DNA from: a virus
Direction: 5' to 3' (one strand)
IMG/VR virus record: IMGVR_UViG_3300031652_000001
Length of the DNA: 64,000 nt
Shown: one piece after another, positions 9,105 through 17,532 of the stretch
Layout: every line of letters starts with the position of its first letter
How positions within the stretch are numbered: position 1 is the stretch's first letter
The notes under the pieces: model-generated
Databases searched by the model: none
Told to the model about the DNA's origin: nothing
What the model saw: only the letters and a program-made list of their open reading frames with translations
Position numbers and translations under genes: made by a program

Positions 9105-9547
9105 TACCGACCACCTTTCTTCATAGTGGAGACGTAGTCAGCAAGGGAATTCAAGAACATCTCGTGTTCTTTCTCCGGAACATCCGCCAAGAGGGAATCG
9201 ACCATTTTTTTGAATTTCTCGACCTGCTTGCTACCAACAGCAAGAACGATACTGTTGAAACCAGTGTTCTCGGTCATGAAATACTCGGGATAGCTTCCAC
9301 CAAAAGCCTTCTTGACCCTCTGAAAACACGTCGGACAAACAGCAAACCAACCAAGGCTGTCATCATTAACCTCAGCCTCAACCTCATCGGTGACGTGAGA
9401 GCCGTATTCAACAATATGGATACGGTGTAATGGAATAGTGGCTTTGCCGCAAAGATGGCACGGTTCTTGACCATCAAGACATCCCTGATTTTCGTTACGG
9501 GTAATGACTTTTTGTGACTTCATCAGTGTTGAGATTTCAATCCGCAT
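9104..9547 (-). CDS. Zn-finger hypothetical protein
   Basis: CHLCGK...LGWFAVCPTC; first gene after a promoter. Confidence 0.55.
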   Translation of the reverse strand: MRIEISTLMKSQKVITRNENQGCLDGQEPCHLCGKATIPLHRIHIVEYGSHVTDEVEAEVNDDSLGWFAVCPTCFQRVKKAFGGSYPEYFMTENTGFNSIVLAVGSKQVEKFKKMVDSLLADVPEKEHEMFLNSLADYVSTMKKGGR

Positions 9548-9557
9548 TTTTCATCTC

Positions 9558-9645
9558 CTTCGGACATCTCGTCCGGCATCTACGAACAAACTTACTCATT
9601 CTAAATGCGAAGTCAAGTTCATGTTTTCATGTTTTGGTGTTTTTT
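9558..9645 (-). promoter_or_regulatory. Promoter TTGACT-N16-TAAGTT plus leader hairpin (copy 2 of 3)
   Basis: AGATGC-CGGAC-GAGAT-GTCCG-AAG; upstream AAAAACACCAAAACATGAA block shared with copy 3. Confidence 0.7.
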
Positions 9646-9672
9646 AGAGAAAAGATAAAAGCCCCACCACAC

Positions 9673-10134
9673 TTACGTTTTTCTTTTCTTTGCCCATCTC
9701 GAAGGTAAGGCCCCACCATCGGACAACCAATCACTGAGGGATAAAATCAGATCGGCGAATTCCACCTCAACACTGGTGTTTACCTCATCACGTCTATTGA
9801 GAACCATATCGGCCAGATTCAACATCCTGCCAAGTTTTTGATTCGGGTTGATCTCCTCCCTCTCTATCGTCGGCTTTCCGACTTTCTTTACAGGAACAGG
9901 TTTTGAATCTGTTGCCTTGGCAACCGGTCTGGGTTCTGGAATAGATTTTGCTATGTTTATAGGCCAAGCATCCTCATTCCCGCATCGACCACCGGCTTTG
10001 CAGAAATCACATTTTTTATTCGGAAGAGAAGGATCTATCGAAGATAGATCACACTTCCCAACCGAAAACAACCGACATTTCATGACGCCATCAATTTTGA
10101 CACAAGCTGTCGTTATGTGTTTTTTCTTTGCCAT
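9673..10134 (-). CDS. Hypothetical protein (Cys-rich N-terminus, DWLSDGGALPSRW C-terminus)
   Basis: 153-aa ORF, AGGAG SD. Confidence 0.55.
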   Translation of the reverse strand: MAKKKHITTACVKIDGVMKCRLFSVGKCDLSSIDPSLPNKKCDFCKAGGRCGNEDAWPINIAKSIPEPRPVAKATDSKPVPVKKVGKPTIEREEINPNQKLGRMLNLADMVLNRRDEVNTSVEVEFADLILSLSDWLSDGGALPSRWAKKRKT

Positions 10135-10164
10135 TTTTTACTCCTGACGATTTTTTCTGAAACG

Positions 10165-10494
10165 TTACCTCTTTTTCTTCTTTGACAGGGATTCGAGATG
10201 CGCTTGGGCGATCCTGCCTGCTTCTTCATCACTTTCTGCATCAAAATATTCCTGAGGCATCGTCATGAATTCTTCTTTGGTGAGCGCTCTTTTTTCAGGA
10301 AGCAACTCAACCTTGTCAACCTTGTACCGAGCAATAAAACGATTGCAATCCGGATTGTAACAACGGACTTCCATCGTTGTTTCATCCATCATGATCATTC
10401 TCAAAGGAGCTGTCGGGTGACATCTTCCATGAATATGAGCCGGAAAATCTCCGCACAACTCACAACCTACTGTTTTAGCTTTATTTTTTGCCAT
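10165..10494 (-). CDS. Zn-binding hypothetical protein
   Basis: CELC, HGRCH, CYNPDC. Confidence 0.55.
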   Translation of the reverse strand: MAKNKAKTVGCELCGDFPAHIHGRCHPTAPLRMIMMDETTMEVRCYNPDCNRFIARYKVDKVELLPEKRALTKEEFMTMPQEYFDAESDEEAGRIAQAHLESLSKKKKR

Positions 10495-10506
10495 TTTTTT
10501 ACTCCA

Positions 10507-10821
10507 TTACTTGTTTTCTTGAAAACTATCTCGAAGCTCACGCATCCTCTTTCGGACACAACTCCGCTGACACCTGTCCGCTGCACAAGTTGGCGCCGTT
10601 TCGAACGGAAGGCTATCGCAAAGCTGATCTGCAACATACCTAACCTCATCATTGTTCGTCTTGTATGAAATCCAACAACCAGCAATATACTGGTCGAACA
10701 CACATCTTACAGCTGTTTTTGATTCAGACCGACGACCGTATTTATCAACAAAATGAACAGCTTCACTTTTGTCTGAAAAAAGAAAATCAACAAAATTCTG
10801 AATTTTTTGTTCCATGAACAT
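10507..10821 (-). CDS. Hypothetical protein
   Basis: First ORF after promoter copy 3. Confidence 0.45.
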   Translation of the reverse strand: MFMEQKIQNFVDFLFSDKSEAVHFVDKYGRRSESKTAVRCVFDQYIAGCWISYKTNNDEVRYVADQLCDSLPFETAPTCAADRCQRSCVRKRMRELRDSFQENK

Positions 10822-10829
10822 ACCTTTTT

Positions 10830-10908
10830 CTTCGGGCTTCTAGCCCGGCATCTGAATAAAAAGGTATCATCTTCGTAGGTGAAGTCAAGTTCATGTTTTG
10901 GTGTTTTT
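10830..10908 (-). promoter_or_regulatory. Promoter TTGACT-N16-TACCTT plus leader hairpin (copy 3 of 3)
   Basis: AGATGC-CGGGC-TAGAA-GCCCG-AAG; lies at the late/early boundary. Confidence 0.7.
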
Positions 10909-10934
10909 GATTTTTTAGGTAAAAACAGGAAAGA

Positions 10935-11969
10935 TCAATCCATCGCAAGCCAGGAATGAGAATCGATACCTGCCTTTGACATTGCTGCCAAAAGTTCCCG
11001 ATAGGACATCTTCTCGATAACCTTTCGGTTCTGAATAACCCATGCCCTAAACTTTTTCACTGCCGTCTTCCAGCCCCTCTGTGGTGGTATTGTTCTGGGC
11101 TCGTTCATTTTGTCGCGCTTGTCCGCTATCAAAAAATCCTTGTACCCGGCTTCAATCCGAACCTGAGGAGTATCAATCACGATCTCCTGGTCACCAGGAG
11201 GAGCGACATCTACACCCCTCAGCTCCCGTTCTTGAATCTTTGGACCAACCCCCTGTGGATTCTTCTTAAACTGATCCACAACGCCCCTGGCCATCGCCAG
11301 GGCCTGCTTATAGGTCTTGGCTCGATGTATCTGACTCGCAAATTGACTAATCAACCTCAAAGTATTTGGATCCTTAATATAATCGAGATCATACAAAGCA
11401 AATTCATTGACATTTTTGCCGCGCTTCCCTGCATTTGTCATGTCAGTAATATGAAAAGAACTTGCAAATCGGTGAACTCTAATGACCGACGTCTCAAGAG
11501 TTTTCCCTATTGGCATCTCTTCTGCAAGAACTTTACTTTCAGCCAAATAATCCCTCTGTCTCAATGACACGCTTTCACGGTATGGTTTAGAACCTGCTTT
11601 ACCAGTAATACTCGGAAGCTTTCCCGTTGAAAGGTAAGTATCGATGGCCTTTACCACAAATTTCATCGGCGAAAAATCAGGTGTAAACGACCGCATCAAA
11701 ACAGCCTTATACAGCTTCAGATCATTCGGATCCTCACTGTTCATCTTGACACCCATCTTCTTCTCAGCATCCTGAGCAGCACCAAGAAGGAGTCCAAGTG
11801 CATTTGGATTATAATATCGTTTCTTTTTGGACCGAATGTCGTACTGGATAATTTTGCTCCCAAGTACCATATCAAATAACTTCGGCGTCGCCTTCTTACC
11901 ACTTGGTAAAGTCACTTCTGAAAGAACCCCAGTAGAAAACCCACCAACATAGCTCCTGTTCCTCAACAT
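10935..11969 (-). CDS. Predicted internal head protein / polyprotein
   Basis: N-terminal MLRNRSY...VLSE and internal SLRQRDYLAES leaders; basic; AGGAG SD before ATG at 11969. Confidence 0.6.
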   Translation of the reverse strand: MLRNRSYVGGFSTGVLSEVTLPSGKKATPKLFDMVLGSKIIQYDIRSKKKRYYNPNALGLLLGAAQDAEKKMGVKMNSEDPNDLKLYKAVLMRSFTPDFSPMKFVVKAIDTYLSTGKLPSITGKAGSKPYRESVSLRQRDYLAESKVLAEEMPIGKTLETSVIRVHRFASSFHITDMTNAGKRGKNVNEFALYDLDYIKDPNTLRLISQFASQIHRAKTYKQALAMARGVVDQFKKNPQGVGPKIQERELRGVDVAPPGDQEIVIDTPQVRIEAGYKDFLIADKRDKMNEPRTIPPQRGWKTAVKKFRAWVIQNRKVIEKMSYRELLAAMSKAGIDSHSWLAMD

Positions 11970-11994
11970 CTCACACTCCTTCCTCAAAGAGACG

Positions 11995-13185
11995 TCAGAG
12001 AGACGTCAGAAGACCAGTCTCTTTCTCAAAAATACTACGAAGTCTGTCGACATAAATATCGTCATACTCCGCTTTCACCTTGTTGCTATATCCCCTTTTC
12101 GCTCCCATCGTAATCCGTCCAAAGGTAACCTTGTAAGTGTCCATTGGTGTCAACTTTATCTTCACATAGTTGATGCCACCTTTGGCCTTCGGAAGCTTAA
12201 ACGAAAGAGAATCCCTATCACCGGCAATATTTTTCGCCCCCGTCATTGCAATAAACCTGTTTCCCCCAAGTTGCCTCATTATTTCCTTCGGAATCGATAA
12301 GTCCGTTTTTGGCTTATCCTCTTTTTCCTTCTTTGGCTTCGGAATGCCCTTGCTCGGAGTGAAGGCCCCAACATCAACCATCGAACTCAAAAAAACTGAA
12401 GCCCTATTCCCAATATCGATAGCGAAATTGGGACCATAATCCTTGGATTTTACCCCCAGCTCCTGCAACACCTGAAAAAGAACTGGATCACTCAAAGCAT
12501 CAGGTTTGTAACCAGATATCTGAAGAGCCTTCAACGCCGTCGGCGCTTTCACTGTACTCCCTGTTATTTTACCTTTGACGACAAGAACATATTCTTTCAT
12601 CTTAGGAAACCTCAGAACATTATCCTTCCTCGGATTAGGAACAGACTTAGGAGTCTTCGTAGAAGGAGCAATACCGGGCACTGTGGCTGATTTCTTCGTT
12701 GGCCTTGCCCCTTCGTTGCCCGCATTATAAGAAGGCTTCACACGCCCTCTGGTTGACGCCTTCAATGTCCCCATGGTCTTCGTCCTGGCCATCTCATTAT
12801 GAGATGACAAATCAGCTCCAGACGGAGGGACATGAACACCTTTCATCGTGATCTCTTCAAGCCATGGAATCTTTCTGTCATGGTTCTGAATAGAAAGCTT
12901 CTCAGCCGATTCCAACGCATCATACCCCACGGACAGGGCCTGTGCATATGTCCTCGCTCGCTTCATCCAGTTAATGGCTTTCTGGATAGGAGTAATCGAT
13001 TTCGACATCTCATCAAAATATATGACGAACCGATTTACCGTTGCTCCTTTTTGACCAGCAGTTCTCAACTCTGTTACTGACACATAGTTGTTTCCTCTAT
13101 GTATACGAAGAACACCGGTATCCAAAATAGCACCGGGTTTCACCGCTTCTGCCAAGTACGCTCGCCTCCTCAATGTCTTCGTCAT
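11995..13185 (-). CDS. Predicted internal head protein, multidomain (C-terminal QLGGNRFIAMTGAKN domain)
   Basis: MTKTLRRRAYLAE leader; first domain paralogous to the neighbouring ORF; AGGAGG SD. Confidence 0.6.
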   Translation of the reverse strand: MTKTLRRRAYLAEAVKPGAILDTGVLRIHRGNNYVSVTELRTAGQKGATVNRFVIYFDEMSKSITPIQKAINWMKRARTYAQALSVGYDALESAEKLSIQNHDRKIPWLEEITMKGVHVPPSGADLSSHNEMARTKTMGTLKASTRGRVKPSYNAGNEGARPTKKSATVPGIAPSTKTPKSVPNPRKDNVLRFPKMKEYVLVVKGKITGSTVKAPTALKALQISGYKPDALSDPVLFQVLQELGVKSKDYGPNFAIDIGNRASVFLSSMVDVGAFTPSKGIPKPKKEKEDKPKTDLSIPKEIMRQLGGNRFIAMTGAKNIAGDRDSLSFKLPKAKGGINYVKIKLTPMDTYKVTFGRITMGAKRGYSNKVKAEYDDIYVDRLRSIFEKETGLLTSL

Positions 13186-13195
13186 TGGTAGCCTC

Positions 13196-13344
13196 CTACT
13201 GTACCTTCTTTGCCCTGGCAATTGTCGCCGCCGGTATTGTGTCAAAAACCTTCTGACCCATGAAATTATGACTCACAACATATTCCACTTTGACTACCTT
13301 ACCCTTTGAATAAGTAGTCGTGTAAATGTCTTCAATGGTTTCAT
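13196..13344 (-). pseudogene. 49-aa micro-gene broken by a 1-nt deletion after MK
   Basis: AGGAG SD plus ATGAAACCATT; one extra A gives MKTIEDIYTTT...TIARAKKVQ, ending at the SD of the next gene. Confidence 0.4.
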
Positions 13345-13353
13345 GTTTTTCTC

Positions 13354-13899
13354 CTATGAAACCGACCTTGCAAAACTCTTTGCGGCCTCTTTTGACTGTT
13401 CCACTGTTTTTATTTTTCTACCCCGGAACTTGTTATCAACCAAATCGGCAGAATCAGGAACTACTTTCCCGACAGGAAAACAACAGTAGGCTCTATGACT
13501 CCAACCACAATATCCCCGCTCTCTATTTGAATATCCTATTGACTTAAATTTGTGAGTAGATTTGGCTTTCAATGGCTTTTCTATTCCAAGCTTGCGATAA
13601 AATTTTTGCCATCTACTTTCTTCTTTCTGCCGTCTTTTTCTGCCCCTACCTTCGCTTAAAACCTCAGCAGACATAAAAAGACCAATGATGGACTCCATCA
13701 TCCCCATGGACCGCAATATGTTATCAGCTGTAACAAATGTCGCTATGGAAGACAGCTTTCTCTCCTGATTACCAACACGGAGAAACCACATCTTCCCTTC
13801 CTTTGACAACGTCGCAATACCGAACTTGGTCTCCTTTCGATATCGAGGCGGTTCCTTCGATGGCCAACTCCTAGATGTTTTCTCCCACTCAGTATTCAT
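13354..13899 (-). CDS. Predicted two-domain internal protein (C-terminal IGYS...GWSHRA domain)
   Basis: Internal MESIIGLF...VLSE linker between two basic domains. Confidence 0.5.
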   Translation of the reverse strand: MNTEWEKTSRSWPSKEPPRYRKETKFGIATLSKEGKMWFLRVGNQERKLSSIATFVTADNILRSMGMMESIIGLFMSAEVLSEGRGRKRRQKEESRWQKFYRKLGIEKPLKAKSTHKFKSIGYSNRERGYCGWSHRAYCCFPVGKVVPDSADLVDNKFRGRKIKTVEQSKEAAKSFARSVS

Positions 13900-14150
13900 T
13901 TTCTATCCTTGAAGCAATCGCATTTGAATCGCTTCACAACGACACCTGGCCGTATTAGTTTACCTGGTATTAAGCCCTTGCAGACAGGACACATGTACAT
14001 CCCCTTACCAACATACGAAAACCGTTTCCCGTTCAGGATAATATCCCGTCGTCTTCGAAATATTGAAATCACAACAAGAGAAACAAACAGAAAGAAAAAC
14101 AGAGAACATGCCAAGATACAGATTACATTTCCCAAACCAAACCAATCCAT
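13896..14150 (-). CDS. Small membrane protein with Zn-ribbon
   Basis: N-terminal TM helix; CPVC...CDC. Confidence 0.5.
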   Translation of the reverse strand: MDWFGLGNVICILACSLFFFLFVSLVVISIFRRRRDIILNGKRFSYVGKGMYMCPVCKGLIPGKLIRPGVVVKRFKCDCFKDRK

Positions 14151-14168
14151 TTCTTAAAGTGTTTTTCA

Positions 14169-14534
14169 TCAGTACTTCGAAAAATATGATTTGCCTTTGA
14201 ACTTATTTATGAATGCTTTGATCTCTCGAACATCCTCAAGAGCAAGCATATCATTTTCAGACAAACCAGCTTTTTTTGCACTGTCAGAAACAACTTTCAT
14301 TGCAGCTTCAAAAGCAAGAATTCCTCGCCTAAATTTATTTGTAAAGGCCCTCCTAATTTCCATTGAGAATTTCGTCCAAAGAAGACTCTTTTCCGATTCA
14401 TCAATACTGGTATATGATCTCCTCCTTAACGAATTCTCTGTTTTCGAACTACAATTCTTTTCAGTCTTGTTACGGGACCGTTTTCTTTTCTGTTTACGGT
14501 CTCCTTCTTTGATTTTAATCCCGTGCCACTGCAT
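14169..14534 (-). CDS. Predicted internal head protein
   Basis: SLRRRSYTSIDES motif; GAGGAGG SD before MQWHG. Confidence 0.5.
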   Translation of the reverse strand: MQWHGIKIKEGDRKQKRKRSRNKTEKNCSSKTENSLRRRSYTSIDESEKSLLWTKFSMEIRRAFTNKFRRGILAFEAAMKVVSDSAKKAGLSENDMLALEDVREIKAFINKFKGKSYFSKY

Positions 14535-14544
14535 AATAACCTCC

Positions 14545-14925
14545 TCAAGACACCGTAAAAACCAGGTCATACTTGTCCAATGGATCTTCTACAGATCCAG
14601 CACCGGCAGCAACAATATTTCCGTACAAGACCTGTTTCTTTCCCTTGTTGTCCGAAAATGGAAATTCAAGCTTCCATGTCTTTTTCTCAGGTTGCCCGCT
14701 TTTGTTCTTCGTATAGAAGTTCTCAGTTGACTTCCAGTTAATACCTTTCTTGTTCATTTCATCGTAAAACCACTTTATAGGTCTCCAATACTGATCTGAA
14801 AAGAACCCGTTGAATCTGGTGCCAACGATCCCGAACAAAACCTTCTTCGCCGCCTGTTTCGTTTTTCCATCAAGCGATGAACCACCTTTTCCCTCGCCAA
14901 GATATGACCTCTTCCTTAAAGTCAC
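14545..14925 (-). CDS. Predicted internal head protein (GAGSVEDPLDKYD domain)
   Basis: N-terminal MTLRKRSYLGE leader. Confidence 0.6.
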   Translation of the reverse strand: MTLRKRSYLGEGKGGSSLDGKTKQAAKKVLFGIVGTRFNGFFSDQYWRPIKWFYDEMNKKGINWKSTENFYTKNKSGQPEKKTWKLEFPFSDNKGKKQVLYGNIVAAGAGSVEDPLDKYDLVFTVS

Positions 14926-14934
14926 AGCGTCCTC

Positions 14935-15423
14935 CTATTCGTTGTCAATGGCTGCCCATATGCTTCCGGCAGCAACAGTACCAGCAACACCAAGGACAAC
15001 TCCTGTAATTATACCAATACTAAGTTTATGCGTTTGCCACCATGAATCCCTGATTTTCTGTAGAGCCTCTTCCTTCTGATCTATTGTCTTGTCGGCACTC
15101 ATCAGCTCCCGCTCCTGGATCTGGATGATGGTAAGCAGAGCTTTCTTGTTGCTCAGTGCCAACTGGTAGACCTCGTCATAGGAGATCCGAAGCTCGACAG
15201 CTGCACCAGCTTTGGTCTCATCCAGAAGTACCCCATTAAACGGTGCTGGATCACCCTCTGACAAACCAGCTGCATCTCCTGAGCTTGGAGCCAAGTATTC
15301 TGGCATCACTGATACCTCCTCAGCTTTCTCGGTAATAGGGAGCCGTTCAGGAGTGCTTGGAGGAGGGGTGTTCTTTGTACATCCAATAACGAACAATGAA
15401 AAAATCAAAATAAAACGCAACAT
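14935..15423 (-). CDS. Lipoprotein with C-terminal TM helix; unimolecular-spanin topology
   Basis: Lipobox-like FVIGC, Pro-rich linker, coiled coil, C-terminal TM (IGIITGVVLGVAGTVAAG); near holin-like genes. Confidence 0.6.
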   Translation of the reverse strand: MLRFILIFSLFVIGCTKNTPPPSTPERLPITEKAEEVSVMPEYLAPSSGDAAGLSEGDPAPFNGVLLDETKAGAAVELRISYDEVYQLALSNKKALLTIIQIQERELMSADKTIDQKEEALQKIRDSWWQTHKLSIGIITGVVLGVAGTVAAGSIWAAIDNE

Positions 15424-15431
15424 CTCTCACC

Positions 15432-15833
15432 TTAAATATCCACCTTTGTTATTGTATATCCAACATGGAAACAACTTGGTGGAATAGCCTGCTTCCTGCC
15501 GATGGATGATGTCTCGACCACTAAATCAAACCAGTAATCACCCTCTGACCAACCATTTGTATCATCCGGAACAAAATACACTTCAAGGTCACCATTCGTG
15601 GCATCCGTAATCAAAATCTCAGTGTCACCTCCACCGGCAGCCGTATTCCGTTTCAAGATGAGAGCATCAGCATCTGAGTCTGACGTCTCATCTTTCACCG
15701 ATAGCCAAAGGAGAGCACCTGTTAGATCGAGTGGTGTTGAAGGCACTGGAACATCTATCGTCAATGTAATTTTGGCCGTGTAATCCCTGCCAGGAAAAAC
15801 CGAAATACCACTAGAGCATGCGCAATCAACCAT
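15432..15833 (-). CDS. BppU N-terminal-like beta-sandwich virion protein
   Basis: PLDLTGA...VK...TDATNG...DT...GDYWFDL pattern. Confidence 0.55.
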   Translation of the reverse strand: MVDCACSSGISVFPGRDYTAKITLTIDVPVPSTPLDLTGALLWLSVKDETSDSDADALILKRNTAAGGGDTEILITDATNGDLEVYFVPDDTNGWSEGDYWFDLVVETSSIGRKQAIPPSCFHVGYTITKVDI

Positions 15834-15834
15834 T

Positions 15835-16017
15835 TTAATCCTCCTCGACCTCGCTGCTTATCGTAGTGGCACTGACTTCAGAAAAAAGATTCTCAATGAC
15901 TTCTATCGCAGCAGATATGTTTCCAGAAGAATTCTCAATAACAGCAGAAACAGGTTCAGAAACAGATACAGCAGCAGCCACATTAATACCATCTTCTATA
16001 TTGACAGTTATGTCCAT
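15835..16017 (-). CDS. Small acidic hypothetical (virion-associated) protein
   Basis: 60-aa ORF packed between neighbours. Confidence 0.45.
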   Translation of the reverse strand: MDITVNIEDGINVAAAVSVSEPVSAVIENSSGNISAAIEVIENLFSEVSATTISSEVEED

Positions 16018-16024
16018 AAACTAC

Positions 16025-16639
16025 TCACTTCTTATCCCGTCTCTTGTTCCGAGTAACAGGTTTGGAATTACTCTTCATCTGGGTGTCTATCGACTGAAGA
16101 TTAAAAAGAATATGTCGGTATCGTTTATCCCCAGTCTCATTATTTTTTTCAATAGTGTTTTTAAGACTTTTACTGTCCTCCTGTAAGGTAACAACATCTT
16201 GCTTCATATCAATCACCTGGCTCTTGGTGACCACCGTCTCGGTCTTGATGTTGAATATGAAAGCTGCACCGGTGAATAATGCCAAAATGACAGAAATTAT
16301 GGCACCTATTTTCAACCCTCTGTTTCCGTAAAGCACTTTCCTGATGTCCCTGACATCATCCGTTATTGACGCAATACTGTCCCGCTGGGAACAGATGTGT
16401 GGTGAATTAGCCATCCTAATTGCCTCCTCTGCTTTCGATATCGCTTCTTTTGCCCTTATGGAAATCCGTTGCGTACCTTCATTGATTGTACGCTTCTCGA
16501 CATCAGCAATCTTTATATTGTTGTCTATTGCGGCCTGCATTCGCCTTTCAAGCTCCTTAATCTCCCTTCTGATTTCCTCCTCGAACATTGATTTGAGTTC
16601 ATCAATTAGCTCCCTCTTCTCTGACCGAGTCATTACCAT
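16025..16639 (-). CDS. Single-TM coiled-coil protein (holin/lysis accessory-like)
   Basis: Coiled coil, LYGNRGL, TM helix, second coiled coil. Confidence 0.45.
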   Translation of the reverse strand: MVMTRSEKRELIDELKSMFEEEIRREIKELERRMQAAIDNNIKIADVEKRTINEGTQRISIRAKEAISKAEEAIRMANSPHICSQRDSIASITDDVRDIRKVLYGNRGLKIGAIISVILALFTGAAFIFNIKTETVVTKSQVIDMKQDVVTLQEDSKSLKNTIEKNNETGDKRYRHILFNLQSIDTQMKSNSKPVTRNKRRDKK

Positions 16640-16686
16640 TTCCGCCTACTTTTTCCCCCATGTCCCCTCCTTAATAGGGCCGATCA

Positions 16687-17064
16687 TCAATCCTTTGTGA
16701 TCGGCCCAGATCCTTCAGCCTTTGTCGTCACCACACCTGTTTTTGTATTATACGATGTCGATGGGTCATTAAAATTGACACCATATCGCTCAGAAAACTC
16801 TGCAAGCAAAGCCCTTTTACTTTCATTTATTCCAAGTAGTTTTTTCTCAATCAAAGCAATATCTGATTGAAGCTTTTGCAAAGACAGGGTGGTCTGAGCC
16901 TCGATACGCTCAGAATCAACCCGCTTTGCCTTTATCCCCTCAACAAGCCTTGCCATCTTCTCATTCATAAGCTCAATCCTGAGCTTGTCTGTTTCTGACA
17001 AAGTGGTGGGGGTAGAAACAACTTTACACGTTACATCTTCATTTTTCGTTTCATCGCTGTTCAT
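16687..17064 (-). CDS. Coiled-coil hypothetical protein
   Basis: 125-aa ORF. Confidence 0.5.
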   Translation of the reverse strand: MNSDETKNEDVTCKVVSTPTTLSETDKLRIELMNEKMARLVEGIKAKRVDSERIEAQTTLSLQKLQSDIALIEKKLLGINESKRALLAEFSERYGVNFNDPSTSYNTKTGVVTTKAEGSGPITKD

Positions 17065-17187
17065 ATCAAGATCCTTTCCAAGCCAATCGGCCTTTGAAAC
17101 AACTTTAACCTATCTATCATTTGGAGTTCAAACTTCCACCACTATTGTCAAACAAATAAGTGGTTTTATTAGAATTGAAAGGATATC

Positions 17188-17520
17188 TTACAGATTGTTT
17201 TTCAAAAGACTGGCAAGCTTTTTCCGTCTGGTAACCCCATCGGGTTCTTTCCGGATCTCCTCAAGCTCTTTCTTCTTCGCCGTAGATTTCTCCTTAATGA
17301 TTGCCTGCTCAACCTTGACATCCGTGAGCGCCTCAATGGCTCGCTGCTTTGCAACTTGGACGTAAGAGACAGACTTCTTGGAAGCGGTATCCTCAATAGC
17401 TTCCTGCTCCTTCTCATCACGCTTTATGAAGCCAACAACAGTTACCGCACCAAGAACAAGCAAGATCAACCACCAAAACATCTTGAGTACATTCCATATC
17501 CAAAGCCCTACCGATTTCAT
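17188..17520 (-). CDS. N-terminal TM plus coiled coil (i-spanin-like topology)
   Basis: FWWLILLVLGAVTVVGFI followed by a charged helix; next to the holin candidate. Confidence 0.45.
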   Translation of the reverse strand: MKSVGLWIWNVLKMFWWLILLVLGAVTVVGFIKRDEKEQEAIEDTASKKSVSYVQVAKQRAIEALTDVKVEQAIIKEKSTAKKKELEEIRKEPDGVTRRKKLASLLKNNL

Positions 17521-17532
17521 CTTTTTCTCCAA

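Noticed and set aside
11988-12009. 11-bp tandem duplication AGAGACGTCAG at a stop codon
   Set aside because: The protein ends LLTSL with or without it; looks like neutral slippage
13415-13427. 13-bp partial copy of the TTTCTACCCCGGACAT motif
   Set aside because: Inside coding sequence (FRGRK) and short enough to be chance
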